Assembly: GCA_013239625.1 (NCBI GenBank)
Contig: MU056905.1
Location: 19,201,009-19,265,008, forward strand
DNA from: Lama guanicoe
Lineage: Eukaryota
DNA: 64,000 nt
Reading direction: 5' to 3'
The notes beneath the pieces are model-generated. The model searched no databases and was not told the DNA's origin. It saw nothing but the letters and a program-made list of their open reading frames with translations. The position numbers and the translations under genes are program-made. This document shows positions 24,621-37,499 of this stretch, in pieces. Each line of letters starts with the position of its first letter. Positions within the stretch are counted from its first letter, which is position 1.

Positions 24621-25333
24621 CCAAAAAAAAAACCCAGGATGGTATAGAAAGCCCAGAAACAGACTTCCACTCACATGGAACAGAAGCGGCATTGTTTATT
24701 CGTGGGGAAAGGAGGAAATGTATAATAAATTGTGCCAGGGTAATTGATTATCCATGTACAAAAAATCCTACCCCTACCTTGCATCACAGAGGAAAGTCAA
24801 TTCAAGATGCGTTAAGGATTTAAATATGAAAGGGAAGTCTTTGAGATTTTTACAATATAGACAACGATTTTTATAAGCAAAAGCAGAGAAGGACTTCCTA
24901 CACAAGATTCAAACCAAAAAGATGGATTCAATTTTATTAAATTAAGAATTTCAGAACCTCAAAAGACACCCTCAAGAAAATACAATGACAACCTACAATT
25001 TAGCGAAAATATAATCTTCAGAATAAATAAATGTGAAACCAATAAGAAAAAGGCAAAAATCTTAGTAGGAAATATGGGCAAAATCTCTGAACAGGCATTT
25101 CATTGAAGAGTAAACTGTCACAGATGATACGCATGTGGGGAAATGTTCAGATACATTAGTAATCAGAAAAATGTAAACTTAACAATGAGTTGCTGTTTCA
25201 CACCCATGAGACCTTTGAAAAACACTTAGAGAAAAATCTTACAAACAGGCATCTGAAGCATAAGCAAGAAAGTGCACACCAGTGGTATTCACAAGACAGG
25301 AAAAAAAAAAAAGGAAACAATCCAAATGCAGCC

Positions 25334-25932
25334 GTATTAATCAGAGTTTTCCAGAGAGGCAGAATCAATAGGATGTAAAGGTGACCCCAGAATAACACAG
25401 GAATTAGGGATGCCGACCCCCATGCAGCCAAATCCCCACATACAACTTTACAGTCGGTTCCACATCTGCAGATTCAACCAACCGCAGATCGTGTAGTACT
25501 GCAGTATTTATTGAAAAGAATCTGTGTAAAAGTGGACCCACACAGGTCAACTGTGCTGTTCAAGAGTCAACTGTGTAAATGGAGAGAGAGATTTATTTTA
25601 AGAAATTGGTTCACATGATTATGGAGACTGTCAAGTCCAGGATCTACAGGTTGGGCTGGCAGGCTGGACACCCCAGAAGAGCTGATGCTGCAGTGCAAGT
25701 CTGAAGGCCATCACTGTGCAATTCCTTCCTGCTCAGGGGAGGTCAGTGTTTGCTCTATTCAGGCTTTCAACTGATTAGATGAGGCCCACCCACATTATCT
25801 GCTGTTCTCAAAGGCCATCAATTTAAATGTTAATCTCACCCAAAACACTCATACAGAAACATCCAGAATAATGTTTGACCACATATCTGGGCACTGTCAC
25901 CCAGTCACATTGACATGAAATGAACCATTACA
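25334..25932 (-). mobile_element. MLT2 (ERVL) solo LTR
   Basis: gtattaatcagagttttccagagaggcagaatcaatagg...gaaattggttcacatgattatggag...ttgacatgaaatgaaccattaca. Confidence 0.88.
25378..25573. mobile_element. MER8/Tigger2-derived MITE (TcMar)
   Basis: TIR-like ends aaggtgaccccagaataaca ... tgttcaagagtcaactg; internal gattcaaccaaccgcagatcg; TA at left flank. Confidence 0.8.
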
Positions 25933-26439
25933 ACCACCTTTCTCATCTTAGGAAATGACACTTTCATTCTCTTAGTTCCTATAAACATCCATCATTAGGA
26001 AAACAGATCAATGCATGTGGAACAGTAGACTCTAGAGAATACAGCAGCATGGTGCAAGTGAACTATAAAACAAACCAGAGCTACCTACATCGCCCTGTGT
26101 GACTCTTAGGAACAATGAGGGAAAAAGTCAAATGGAAGAAGACTGTCTACAGTCTGAGTTCAAAATCGAGTAAAACCAAACAACAGAACAGTTAGGGTTA
26201 CATATGTATGTGGTAAATGTATAAGTATAGGCAAGGCTATGAGGAAAAAAAGAATTTCTGGATTCTGTTTACCTGCAGTAAGAAAGCAGGGGGCTGGGAT
26301 CAGGGGCAAGCATGCATGTGGCTTCAGTAGAATCCTCTTCAAGGTTGAGCAGTGTATTCGTGGGTATCACTTTATCTCCACTTCCTAGCTTACAGCAGCA
26401 GAGGGAATACGGGCATTCAGCAAATACACAGCTAAACTA

Positions 26440-26750
26440 CATTTCCTAGCCATTTGGCTGTGTTCTGGCAACTGAGATATGGACTCGTTACAATCTCCAA
26501 CTCATAATCCTGCATTTTTTCCTCTCCTGCAGCAGTCCTGAGAAGCACATACTGAAGGCAGCTGCATCCTAACATGGGAGGAGGCTGGGGCCCTGAATGG
26601 CTGCGTGGAGTAGAGCACCCCCACCAGCGCTGCTCCCAGCCAATCACATTGGTCTGGGACCTGAGACAAGCAATATACCTAGCCTGTTAAGCTACTGAAA
26701 TTTGGGAGCTTATATATTACTGTCGCATAGCTTAGCCTAACTTAATACCA
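26440..26750 (+). mobile_element. ERVL/MaLR LTR fragment
   Basis: actacatttcctagcc...tgttaagctactgaaatttgggagcttatatattactgtcgcatagcttagcctaacttaatac. Confidence 0.6.
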
Positions 26751-26754
26751 TACC

Positions 26755-27100
26755 TACAAGTAAGTTGTTGATTCATACATTCTTTTGCCTATATGTAACA
26801 GTACACATGCAAACATTTTTAAGAGTGAATGAGAGGTAAGGAAGTGAAAGTAGCAAGTATGGACCTTTTTAAAGAGAGAATTCTGTAACGGAGACCAGAG
26901 AAACGGCGTGGTAGCTGAAAGGGAGTTGTAGGGTAGAGGATATGTCTTTTTAGAGCTGGGAGACACTAGCACATGCCAGTACCTGATAGGAATGATGAGA
27001 CAGAGGCAGGGTGAATGAGAACTCAGGACAGAACAAAAGTGCAGGGGGAGGGTCCTTGAAGAGGGGGAATGGGGCCCAGCAGAGTGTAAGCAGTCGTAAT
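26755..27100 (-). mobile_element. L2 internal fragment
   Basis: ttaagagtgaatgagaggtaaggaagtg...ggagaccagagaaacggcgtggtagctg. Confidence 0.6.
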
Positions 27101-27491
27101 GGGAACTGGCGCAGTGATCAGCGCACCTACCAAAAGCCAGGGATGCTGTGCTCGGAAATGTACGTGCAGTTGTTCCTCCATCCTCAGAGGAACCTCGCTG
27201 GGGATGATGGAGCTGCTGAGGGAAAGAGCCGTGTGTGCCTCTGCACTGGACGGCAGGCCAGTGCCTCTGCACCCAGCGGGGTGCCCCTCTCCCCGCCCCC
27301 CAGACCTTTAGGCTTCCTAGTTTCAGGCTCAAGATTTCTCTGCACACAGGACACCTTTGAGGCTGAACTGGCACAGGGCCAGCCCGTGAATGAGGGCAGT
27401 TTATCTTCTGTGCCCACCCACTTACATATCTGGGAAATTTGCCTACTTCCTGGCTGTGTTCAGAGCCCTAGTCCTGTTAATGCTCTTGGCA

Positions 27492-27541
27492 TTAGCTGAT
27501 AACCGAGGTGTTAGCTGATAACCGAGGTGTTAGCTGATAAC
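27492..27541. repeat. 19-bp tandem repeat, 2.6 copies (ttagctgataaccgaggtg)
   Basis: Perfect copies at 27492 and 27511, partial copy at 27530. Confidence 0.95.
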
Positions 27542-27774
27542 TGCAATGTTCTCAGATAAGAATTTAAGGTATTCTACACGGGGAGCAGGGAAAGGAAGGA
27601 GACAACATGGGGGCAGACAAGGGAAGGAAGAGGAAGCAGTGGTACCTGGAGGCAACCCGGGTTCAAGTTCTGATTATACCCTCTAATAATTGTGACAGTG
27701 AATCAGCCCCATAACCTGTCTGGTGATAAGGGTGCTGACCCCCTACCTCGTAGTACAGGTAAAGGACCTAACAT

Positions 27775-27951
27775 ACTGTGTAGCACAAGGAAATATATAC
27801 AGGATCTTGTGGTGGCTCACAGTTAAAGAGAATGTGACAATGAATGTATGTATGTTCATGTATAACTGAAAAATTGTGCTCTACACTGGAATTTGGCATA
27901 ACATTGTAAAATGACTATAACTCAATAAAGAAATGTTAAAAAAAAAAAAAA
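27775..27951 (+). mobile_element. Young 5'-truncated L1 (3' UTR end plus polyA) with TSD
   Basis: aataaa, A14 tail, TSD gacctaacat at 27765-27774 and 27952-27961; inserted in a MIR. Confidence 0.92.
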
Positions 27952-28309
27952 GACCTAACATGTACCAAATACCTGCCCTCTTTCCATGCCTTCCCTCAAT
28001 AGGGCTGCTTCTAAAAGTCTCAAGGAGAAGTCGTAATAAACAACAAGGAGCTGTGCAGCTGGCAGGCAGCCGTGAGCAGGTCATCTGAGAACCATCTTCT
28101 CACACCATCGTGCCACCTGGAAAATCCGCCTTTTCTGCCTCCACCCAGTGCTGCCTCTGACTTTAAGAGCAAAGATCAGCGGGGAGAACACAGAGATGAA
28201 AGCTTCTCACAGCCATTGCAGGGCTCTGCCTGGGGGTGTTAGGAGGCCCAGAGATGCCCGTGTCTTAGTTCCTCTGGAGTGAATTGCAGTTAGGACCACA
28301 TGGCAATCA

Positions 28310-28520
28310 CTTCCCAAGCACCAGGTGCAGGATCGGCCCTGGCTGTACTTGACATGGGTTATTTCACATAGTTCTCACAGCAGCCTCTATAACTGATACT
28401 TTGAGCCCCATTTAAAAATTAGGAAACCAAGACATGGACAATTTGGATAACTTGACGAAGTACTCAGCTGAGGGGTGGTGGAATCGAACAGAGCCCACTG
28501 TGAAGCCAGAGCCAGTGCCC
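28310..28520 (-). mobile_element. MIR
   Basis: ccccatttaaaaattaggaaaccaagacatggacaatttggataacttg. Confidence 0.65.
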
Positions 28521-29099
28521 CAGCCACCATCCCCCATCCCATGGGCCCTACGGAATTGGACGGGCCGGTTCCTGGAGAGCTCTCGGCACTCTGGAGCCTG
28601 TCCTGGGAGTCCTGCTTGCAGTGAACTCCAACAGGTGTTCGTGCCATAGGGTCCTCTTTCAGTCCCCACGCAGTTCCATTCTCCACTGAGCATCACACCA
28701 GGACTGGCCGTTCCTGAGGCCCGAGGACCTCAGTGCTTCAGACTGATAAGTGACGTGGCCTGTCTCATCATGCATGTGGGTATCTTTGCTGTGGGCAGGG
28801 TGTAGACTGGGGCTTCTTCTGGTTGGCTAAGAAAGGAGGGAGGAGAAGAAGTAAAAAGAAACCCCGAGAGTCCATCCTGTCCACAGCGCTGGAAACAGAA
28901 TTCTGAGTGATATTTAGAGGCGTCTACTACAACCCCAGGCATTTTCACTAAACATGGATCCCTGCCAAAGTTGCTTGTAATCCAAAAAACAGGCACCTTT
29001 TCCTGCAGCGCCTGTTGCCAATTTCCATTAAGTCCTTCTGTATGTGATCCATCCAGATACCTCTGTTTTTAGAAATCCTAGACTATAATCTAAATAGTT

Positions 29100-29274
29100 A
29101 GAATTTAACCACCAAATCTCTGTATCTGATTGCCATTTGGATACTTTCCAAATATATGTGCCTTAAATTCAAACTACCCCAATTAATCTCCTTACTTCCC
29201 CATTCAGTCTTCAACTACATGCACTTACAGCCTTTGCTCCAGGCTCTGAACAACTAGCAAATCCCCAAATGGGT

Positions 29275-29305
<31 letters not shown>

Positions 29306-29890
29306 CTGGCCATCGGTGTGTTGCTTCTTCTGTCTGGAATGCTCATCCATTCTCTGTGTCCTTCAGCCAAGAGGGTATTAGTTCCTCCAGGAAGCCTTCC
29401 AAGATGCCAACCACACCCCCAGACTCAGGAGTCCCTCTTCTTTGCTCACACAAGACCCTGTACTTACCTAGTCTTGCTTCTCACCGTGTAGTGACTGACT
29501 GTCATCTTGTCTGTATCCCTGGTCCTTGCCCTTCCGCAAAGCCTCATGGGCAGAGATTGTGTCCATCTGGGTCACCTTTGTACCCCCAGCTCTGAGGACA
29601 CCTAAGGCATATAAGGGCATTCATCCTCCAAGACTCAAGTGTTTCTTCCAGTAGGAATCTTTCCTGAAGAGCCCGCCACCGTCACCACATCACGTCCCCA
29701 AAGCCTGCTCCACATTTTGTATACTGTTTTATAATCACCTGTGTGCATGTTTGTCTTCCCCACTGGGTGTTGGCTGCTCAAGAGCAAGGACAAGGGTTCA
29801 TTCATTTGTGTTTCTCCTGCACCTCGAACAGCACTCGACACACACAAAGTCCTAAATCGGTATCAGTCAAGTAAAGGAATGAATGAATGT
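29100..29890 (+). mobile_element. L2 fragments (two 3' ends)
   Basis: tcctccaggaagccttcc...ctttgtacccccagc; second copy ...cctgcacctcgaacagcac...gaatgaatgaatg. Confidence 0.7.
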
Positions 29891-29899
29891 TACTGCAGG

Positions 29900-30080
29900 T
29901 AATAACCCCTAACCATCAGGGACATCATTTTGCTTAAGCCTCTTGATAATCCCAGGAACAGGGTATTTTTACATTCTTTCTTAAACAATGAGGAATCTAA
30001 GGTTAAGTAACTCGCCCAAGGTCACATGGTTAGGAAATGGCTGAGCCAGTACAGGAGCCCATGTCATCTGACACCAGGCA
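29900..30080 (-). mobile_element. MIR
   Basis: aatgaggaatctaaggttaagtaactcgcccaaggtcacatggttaggaaatggctgagcc. Confidence 0.8.
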
Positions 30081-30934
30081 TCTGACATCATGACTAATTG
30101 TGCTCTTATTGTGCGCCCAGATTTTCCTCTCCTGTGAAATGGGCTCACAGAGGGAAAGTATTCACCTCAGGGAACCTCAAAATCCTCAGAGTGTGGAGAG
30201 TTGTTTTTCTGAGCCCAGCATCGCCTGGGACCTGACCAGGCAGCTTAGCATATCTGATTTGGGCTGAGTCTCTGAACCTGACCCCCTTAGGACATACCCC
30301 CGGTTCTCAGGGGACGTTTTCAATGCTAGGTTAAAGGCTGATTGTTTGTGCTGTTTCTAATGAGCTTCCTATCTTAGAAAGGAAAACAAAGGCTATCTAA
30401 TAAACACAGCTGATGGGCAACGCCTAAAATATCCCCAACTCCTAAGAGAGGAAAGCCGATTGTGCGTGAGGGTGTGTAAACTCACACGGGGCAGGATAAT
30501 TGAAGGAAGCCTTCCAGGAGTCGGCGTATTTCAGAGGAATGCGTTATCTGCGGCCACAAAGCTGGACTCCTGGCCCACCTACTGCCAGCATTCGCCCTGA
30601 CACTGGCCTTGGTTAGCGGCTGGAAGCCCACTGGTCGAGAACAGGATGTAACAGTGGTGACACATTCAAAACATCCTCTCCTCTTTCCAGGCACCGCTGA
30701 GGAGGGGTGTGTGTGTGGCATGTGTCTACAAGAAACACCTGACTTGTTAAGAAATCTCTGCCCCTTCAAGCCAAGAAATGTTCCCAAGGCCCCACAATGA
30801 CCTGGCCCACCAGCCCGGCTTTACTTCCTGAGCAAGATTCCTGGAAGGTCATGTTCCTCCATGCTTGGCCCACTCAGAGACCCTGCTGTTGCTCAGCAGG
30901 CTGCAGAAGCCACAGCCCAGAGCATCTTTTGTAT

Positions 30935-31175
30935 GTGTTCGCATTTACTGAGTGTTTATTGTGTGCCACGCACGACACTAAGTCTTCTGCATCATCTCAA
31001 CTGAGACTCGTGACGTCCCAATCAACCTGGTAGCTTTTGCATCCGTTTTATAACTGAGGCTGGAGGACTAAAGACTCCGCCAGAACTCACAGGTCATCGG
31101 TGGTGAAACCCAGATTTCAGCTCAGCTCTTGAGACGCCAGAGACTGCGGTCTCAGCCACAGGCTCCACTGCCTCC
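30935..31175 (-). mobile_element. MIR
   Basis: catttactgagtgtttattgtgtgcca...cccagatttcagctcag. Confidence 0.7.
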
Positions 31176-32249
31176 CCAAAGACTAGTCATAGTCTTCAAG
31201 GAAGACCTTCAAGAGAGAGCTCCAGGTACATGTGAAATGGGAACTCTGAAGGCTTCTGCTGCTCCGATTTGAGCCAGAAAGCACCCACACATCAAACGGA
31301 GATGTAAACTTTACAAGTAGCTCCTAGACATTTCATGAAATGTTGCTCTGTGTGTGATTTGTGTGTGTGTGTGTCTCCCACACCTAGCAAAGTGCCTGGC
31401 ATCTAGCAGGTGATGTGGAAATGTGTTTCGAAGTGCGCAGTGAGGCTGCTGATAAGGATGCTGCATTCTGGGTGCACCTGAGCTTTCCAGGCTCGCATCC
31501 CGCCGCCTGTGCTCCAACCAGGCTGACCTTCTCTCCCAGTCCCCAAGACACATCAGCGTTCCCTCACCTCTGTGCCTTTGCCCACGATGTGGTCTCCCCA
31601 GGAGTGCCCTCCTCTGCTCTCCTATGCTCCCTTCAAGGCCCGTCTCAAATGCCACCTCCCCAGTGAGGCCTCTTGGGTCCCTCTCTCTGAACTCCCTTTA
31701 TTCCTGCTAGTTCCTTCCCTTCCTCCCTCTCCTTCATCTCAGAGGCTTAATGTGATGCTGAAGTGAGACAATGCTCTAGAAAGCTCTTTAAGCCTTGAGG
31801 CACCATCCAAACATGAGGGCTTATGAAGGCTCACAGCTCATCGACTAAGGGATAAGATTGTCTGTGACATCAGATCCAACTTTGCCCAGTACAGGACCTC
31901 ACACACCCAAGGCACAAGGAGAATTTGCTGGAAGCCTGTCCGCAGACTTCTTTCTTCTTTCCCTCTTCCTTGGAGCCATGGTTATACCCTTCCAATCAGG
32001 CTGAGGGAACTTTCATCGGGTCAAAGTAAAGGCTTTTTGGGAATGGATTGGGAAACCACGGGAAAGGAAAAAAATGAGCGTATCTACTGAACACATCCTC
32101 CAAAGGACTTTCATATAACGTGATGGCTCTCAGGTCTATCATGTCCAACGTCATCTTTTGGTAACAGACATTTTGTAACTTGCCCTTTCCACTCTGACAA
32201 TGAAATCCACAGGTAACATACATGGCAGTGATTGGCTACCTGCTCACCA

Positions 32250-32560
32250 GACAAGGCCTTCCTCTTCTGGGGGCCACTGTACTGGATTTCCCAGCCTCCC
32301 TGGCAATGAGGTTTTGCTATGTGACTGGGTTTTAGCCAGTGGGTTGGGAGCATTGCTTCCAGGCCTGGGCCCACGAAATCTCCCTCTAGCAAAATCTAGG
32401 TCTTTTCAGATGACCTTAGAAGCCATGCTTTAAAGATGACAGAATCCAACTGTGGATTCCAGCCGCTGAAAGGACTGAATGTGAGGGTGAGATCAGTTTC
32501 TATTGTTTAAGCCACTGAGGTTTAGTGGCTTACTCCCTACGGCCACTAGCACTGCCCTAA
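32250..32560 (+). mobile_element. MLT1 LTR fragment
   Basis: ggatttcccagcctccctggcaatgagg...tgtgactgggttttagcca...ttgtttaagccactgagg. Confidence 0.65.
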
Positions 32561-32639
32561 CACGCTCTTACACACTTGAGTGGATGTAGGGCTCCTAGTG
32601 CTGAATAGATGCGGTATTTTCACTGAAGTGAAGAGGATT

Positions 32640-32820
32640 TGAGTAGAAGCCTGGGCCCAGGATGAAGAGACTTGGGTTCTAGTCTGGGCTCTGCCACGAG
32701 ACAGCTGAGTGATGGGAGTTAAGCTCATTTGCCCCCTCTGGGCCTCAGTTTCTGTGGCTGTAAAATAAAGGGTTGAAGAGATTGCCTTGAAGATTCCACT
32801 CAGCTCTAGTGGTCTGAGAC
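32640..32820 (+). mobile_element. MIR/MIR3
   Basis: ttgggttctagtctgggctctgcca...ctctgggcctcagtttc...tgtaaaataaagggttg. Confidence 0.75.
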
Positions 32821-33564
32821 TCCACTGTCAGTTGTGGGTGCTCGGGGCCACATCTGCCTTGTCTCCACTATCTCCTCAGCATTGAATGCAGTGCCTGGGA
32901 CATGCAGGTACTCAAAAACCATTTCTTGAATGAGAGAATAATTCTATTCACGAGAAAGTAATTCGTAACCTTATACATTACCCAATTACAACTGCAAAAT
33001 AGCAATAGGTCATATGAACTGTCAAATCTTCTCTTCCTGTGTAACAGGAAGCATTGCTGGGATCCTCCCAGAACCCTATGCCCCTTCCCTCGGCCTCTCT
33101 TCCTCCCACTAGCACCCCGCCACACACACCCCTCCCCCGAAGCAGACCCCAGCCCCCAGGGACTTCGGCAAACTTCTCTTTTTCTGCCCTTACGCATTCC
33201 ACTCCCACAGCCTCCAGTCCCTGCGAGCCGCCAGCCTCTGCCAGCCCTCCAGCTCCACTCTGCCATGCCTCTCTCAAGTACTAAAATGCAAAGTATTTTC
33301 AAGATGGAAGGAAATTAGAGCCTACAATTAGCACATTTTTCCAACGCATTGCCTAAACCACTGCTGTGTAGTGGAGCCAAGAACAAGCGCTAGTGAAGTT
33401 AACATGGCTTATTAAATAGGAGAAGCCATTTAGAGCTGAGCTAATAGGGTGACCACATGTAAGGCCCACCTCGTCCCTGGGACAGCTCCGTCAGTCAGCC
33501 TGTAATGAGGAAGGGCACTGGCCTCCAAAAGCCAAACTACGGATCACGCAAAGAGGGGAGGAGA

Positions 33565-33760
33565 GAGAGCTGGAGTCAGCTCTAAGATCTATGTGCTGTG
33601 TGACCTTGAGTTAGTCCATCTCTCTGAGTCTCAGTTTCCCAACCATAAAATAATGAAAACCTGTCTGATACACTTCACGGGGCTGTTAGGATCACACCCA
33701 CATCTTCAGGATCTAAGGTGCTCATATGTGTAAAACTGTTTTCTAAGTCAGAAAAGCTCT
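33565..33760 (+). mobile_element. MIR
   Basis: gctgtgtgaccttgag...tctctgagtctcagtttccc. Confidence 0.75.
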
Positions 33761-34789
33761 ATCATTTTAGGTCATGGTTTGACATTTTTCTCCTTCCATC
33801 TTTCCTCCCTTTCTTTTTTTTTTCTTTTTCTCTTTCTTCCTTCTTTTTTTTTTTTCTTTTGTTCATTGAAGAAGGCAAAGCCTTGTCCTCGTCCCTGTGG
33901 GTAAAAGAATGAATAGAATATGATCCTTCCTTTCCCAGCTCAGCGTCCAGCTGGGGATGCAGGCATTAAACAGAGCTGCAGTGCTGTGAGCCACTGCTTA
34001 ATGCTGGGTAGATGGGGTCCTGCACAGGATGCTCAGTGGTGAGGAGGGGGTCCCGGTGACTCTTATGCACTCCTCTCGCCAAGCCCTTGGTATAGGAATG
34101 TGTTGGCCAGGTAGAACAGGAGCTTTTCTCTAGCTTGAACAAAAATGATATTGGTTAATACATCAGCCTTCTAAGCACAGTTAATGTGAGTCAGCCCTTG
34201 AAAGTCACTCTGCTGTGCTGATAAACCAGGTCTCTGAATGTACAAGGCTGAAAGCCAAATGGCAGAATGTGGCAGGTTCACAAAGGAAAATGCCTCCCTA
34301 TGATGCCTGTGAGTGGAGGGTTAGCTGCCTTCCCTGGCAAGAGCCCTCTACCACCAAACACCTAGTGTTTAATCTAGCACAGGGATACCTCGGCTGCTTC
34401 ACAGGTCAACTCTCACCAAAACAGAATTATTATGAATATTCTTTCCTGAAATATACCTACATTACAAATACTAAGTAGCTTTCAAACTCAACACATATCC
34501 TTAAATTGGTAGTTTTCTGTGTTCGTCATATAGATTGGTGTTTTTTATAAATTATCTGGTGGGGGGGTGGTTCAGCTATCAAAACGAAAAAGCTTTGGAA
34601 AGCTCTGCTCTAGAGTAATCGATCATCTTAATTCAGATCATCTCCCTCAAAAGTATGATGGTGCTGGTGAGATGGAACTACAATGTTATGTGTCTGTGAC
34701 ACTTCAGGGGTTCACGTCGCTTGCCAGGAGGCCCCCTTCTTCTTTATTAACCAAGCAAAGCACAGAAAGAGCATTTCCTCATATGATGA

Positions 34790-35250
34790 AAGGGGCGCTA
34801 CTTGGGGCCAGGGTTTCATAAGCTAATAACTTAGCATATTACTCCCATGGAAGCTGGCATAAGACACAAGACTCCTGGGTCAGAGACAGAGAGTGTTCTT
34901 ACTCTCAGCACAGCAAGTAGCAGCATGTTTGCATCAGTTCCTCTGGCCCCCAAGTTCCACATGGCAGTGGAACAGGGCCCAGATGGACCCTTCACATCGA
35001 GTGAGTCTGTATCACAACTGAGGAACACTGAGCTTGGGGGAATCTACCACTTTTATAGCAAGCCGTAAACCCAGTTGGTCTTTGTCCTGGAAGTAGATGT
35101 TACTTCATCCCTCAAGGATGCTCACTCCAAACACAGCTCTGAGATTTGGCCCGGGAAAAGAGAGGTCAAAGTCTTGCATTCTTGGCGCACCAGCAAGACG
35201 TGTAGGAGTATAATTATTCCCAGATATTTTCTGTCCAGAGAAGCAAACAG
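34790..35250 (-). mobile_element. LTR40-like ERVL solo LTR
   Basis: catggaagctggcataagacacaagactcctgggtcagagaca is the reverse of the LTR40 3' end. Confidence 0.7.
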
Positions 35251-36889
35251 CATGGAGTTTAGAGAATGCAATAAAGATAGCTCTTTAATTAGAAAGTCAG
35301 TTTCTCCTGGATGTTGCCCCTGACCCTCTCAGTTTGGTTTGGATCTGCCTTCTCAGAGAACAGAACATTTCATCTCCTGACTGAGCTGCAGTTCATCCAT
35401 TTACCCCTCTGGAGCACCCTCTACCCACTCCACACTCAGCTTCAGGAGAGTATGAGCCATGCCTTTGGCTCTACTGTGCTTCAGAGCACCTAACACAACA
35501 GCAGGGCTATAGTGTTTGCTACTAAATGTTGGAAGAATTAGTGATTTAGAGTAGCGTGTTTGAACAGAGGCTCCTGAGCCTTGGCAAACACTTTTCCTTC
35601 AATTGTATCAGAATTTAGCAAACTGCCACCATTGGTGCCCCTAAACAGCCCTAGGAGACCAGGACTGGAAAGACACAGCACACATTCGAAGACCCCATGA
35701 AGGCTTTTTAACCCTCCCTCAAAAGCTACCCCACTACCAAACGCACACTATTTGGCCAGCACACACCATCCACTCTGCTGATCTCTACTGATTGTGCCAA
35801 ATTTAAAGGATGACTGGAAACAGAGGAAAACATCTTGGGCAGAAAGGATAACCAGCTACTGAATCCTTGTCTCCAATACTGGCCATTTCCAATGGATCCA
35901 GGAGTTTCAGGAAAGCCTACTTAGGATTATCTGGGTTTTTTTTAATGTGTATAAAAGAGCATCTGGTATCTTTCCAGGGTGCGGGGAAAGGAGATTGTGA
36001 GCTGGGGTTCTAGATGCCATTGCCAGCAGAGTCTGCTTCCTCGTAACTATACCGTTTCAGCCTCAGGATCCTGTGTTACCAAGTGCCCAGAGAAAAAAGT
36101 TCCAGAGAAAGAGGATTGTTTAAAGCTGGCCCTCTTGGCCTTTCACAGCCAGTCATTCTCCCAGGACTTAAGCCACAGCCCTTTTCCCTCCCAGCAATAT
36201 CTGTCCTCCCAATCTCACTAGGAAATGCAGGCCAGCTGGCGATTTCAGGCTCCTTTATCTGCTGCGATAGTGAGTATCCCAGCATGCCCCGGGGCCCCTC
36301 TGCCAGCCCCCGGGCCGCAGCGCCGGGTGGAATGAGAAGCAGTCGCCATCTGGGGCTGTCCCAGCACCCTCAGAAAGGAAGAGCAAACACAATGGCTTAC
36401 CAACAACACTCACGTGCTTTCACTGGGGATTTCTCATTCCCAGGCCAGGCTCCCAGAGACACGCAATTCCCCTCCTTGCAAGAGAGGTGACTTTAGGTGA
36501 ATGGTCTTTCAGGCCAAGCCCTTAATTCTTTCTTTGATATCGGTATTTTATTTTTATAGTTCTGATGAATCTGATGGCAACTCATCGTGATAAGAGCGGA
36601 CCAGAAAGTCCGGATTTAGAAACAAAAGGCAATGGGTTTAAACATCCTTTACCATTCCTACTAGTTGAGGGGCTTTGACCAAATTGCCGTAGTGTTTCTG
36701 AGCTTCAATTTAGTTATTGTAAAATTGGACCATGGACAATCGGCCTGTTCTGGGAATTAAAATGAATAACTCATGAAAGGTACTTAATAAATGTTTGTTC
36801 CATTCTCTAATGTTCTATGACCTGACAAGGATCAGCACTGCCAGAGCCTAGATATTGTTGTAAAACCTAGAAGGTCAGTAATAGAGTTA

Positions 36890-37120
36890 AATTAAGAATG
36901 TAAAATCATAACCCACAGAATGGGAGAAAAGATTCACAAATCATGATAAGGGACTAGTGTCTGGAATATATTAAGTACTCTCACAACTCAACAAGAGAAA
37001 GACAACACAATTAAAAACTGGGCAAAGTTAGAAATAGATGTTCCTCCAAAGAAGACACGATAATGGCCAATAAGCACTTGAAAAGATGCTCACCATCATT
37101 ACTCATCGTGGAAATGCAGC
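36890..37120 (+). mobile_element. L1M ORF2 C-terminal fragment
   Basis: cccacagaatgggagaaaa...gataagggactag...tggccaataagcacttgaaaagatgctcaccatcatta. Confidence 0.85.
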
Positions 37121-37499
37121 TGAGGAACTGGCTGTCATAACTGTTAGTCACACTAATAATTTTTTCTAGTGAGAAGATCTGAGCAATCGGATAGTAATAA
37201 TAGTGATGAGAAGTGTTAACCTCACGTACCTTTTCTCATCTACTTCTAAACTGTTGCAGAATGCCCAGCTTTATGATGCCAGGAAGCAGGCTCACATCAT
37301 AGGATGCGCATCTTAGTACGTCACTGTGTAACTATTTCTGTATTATGATCGCTGCTAAGTGGGACTGGGAACATTGGGAAACACTGTTAGTAATTTTGTC
37401 CCTTTTGAGTTCCTGTAGCAGGATAGCGTCATGATTTAGGGAAGGGTTAACCAGCAATCATAAAGCAGATTGGTTGGAAAACCACCGAATGATGATCGG

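Larger units (their letters stand above)
24630..26390 (+). mobile_element. Old L1ME fragments (ORF2 3' part and 3' UTR), interrupted by MLT2/MER8
   Basis: atagaaagcccagaaacagac, tgggcaaaatctctgaacaggcatttcattgaagag, ttagtaatcagaaaaatgtaaa; resumes after ~25980. Confidence 0.75.

Noticed and set aside
26754-27499. Longest ORFs in the track (206 aa minus, 162 aa plus)
   Set aside because: Overlap a decayed L2, occur on both strands and show no recognisable domain.
27492-27541. CRISPR-like direct repeats
   Set aside because: Head-to-tail units with no unique spacers, mammalian context, no cas genes.
37230-37412. Minus-strand exon candidate (ctacag ... aag|gtacgt)
   Set aside because: Closed in all frames and weak pyrimidine tract; unsupported without RNA data.
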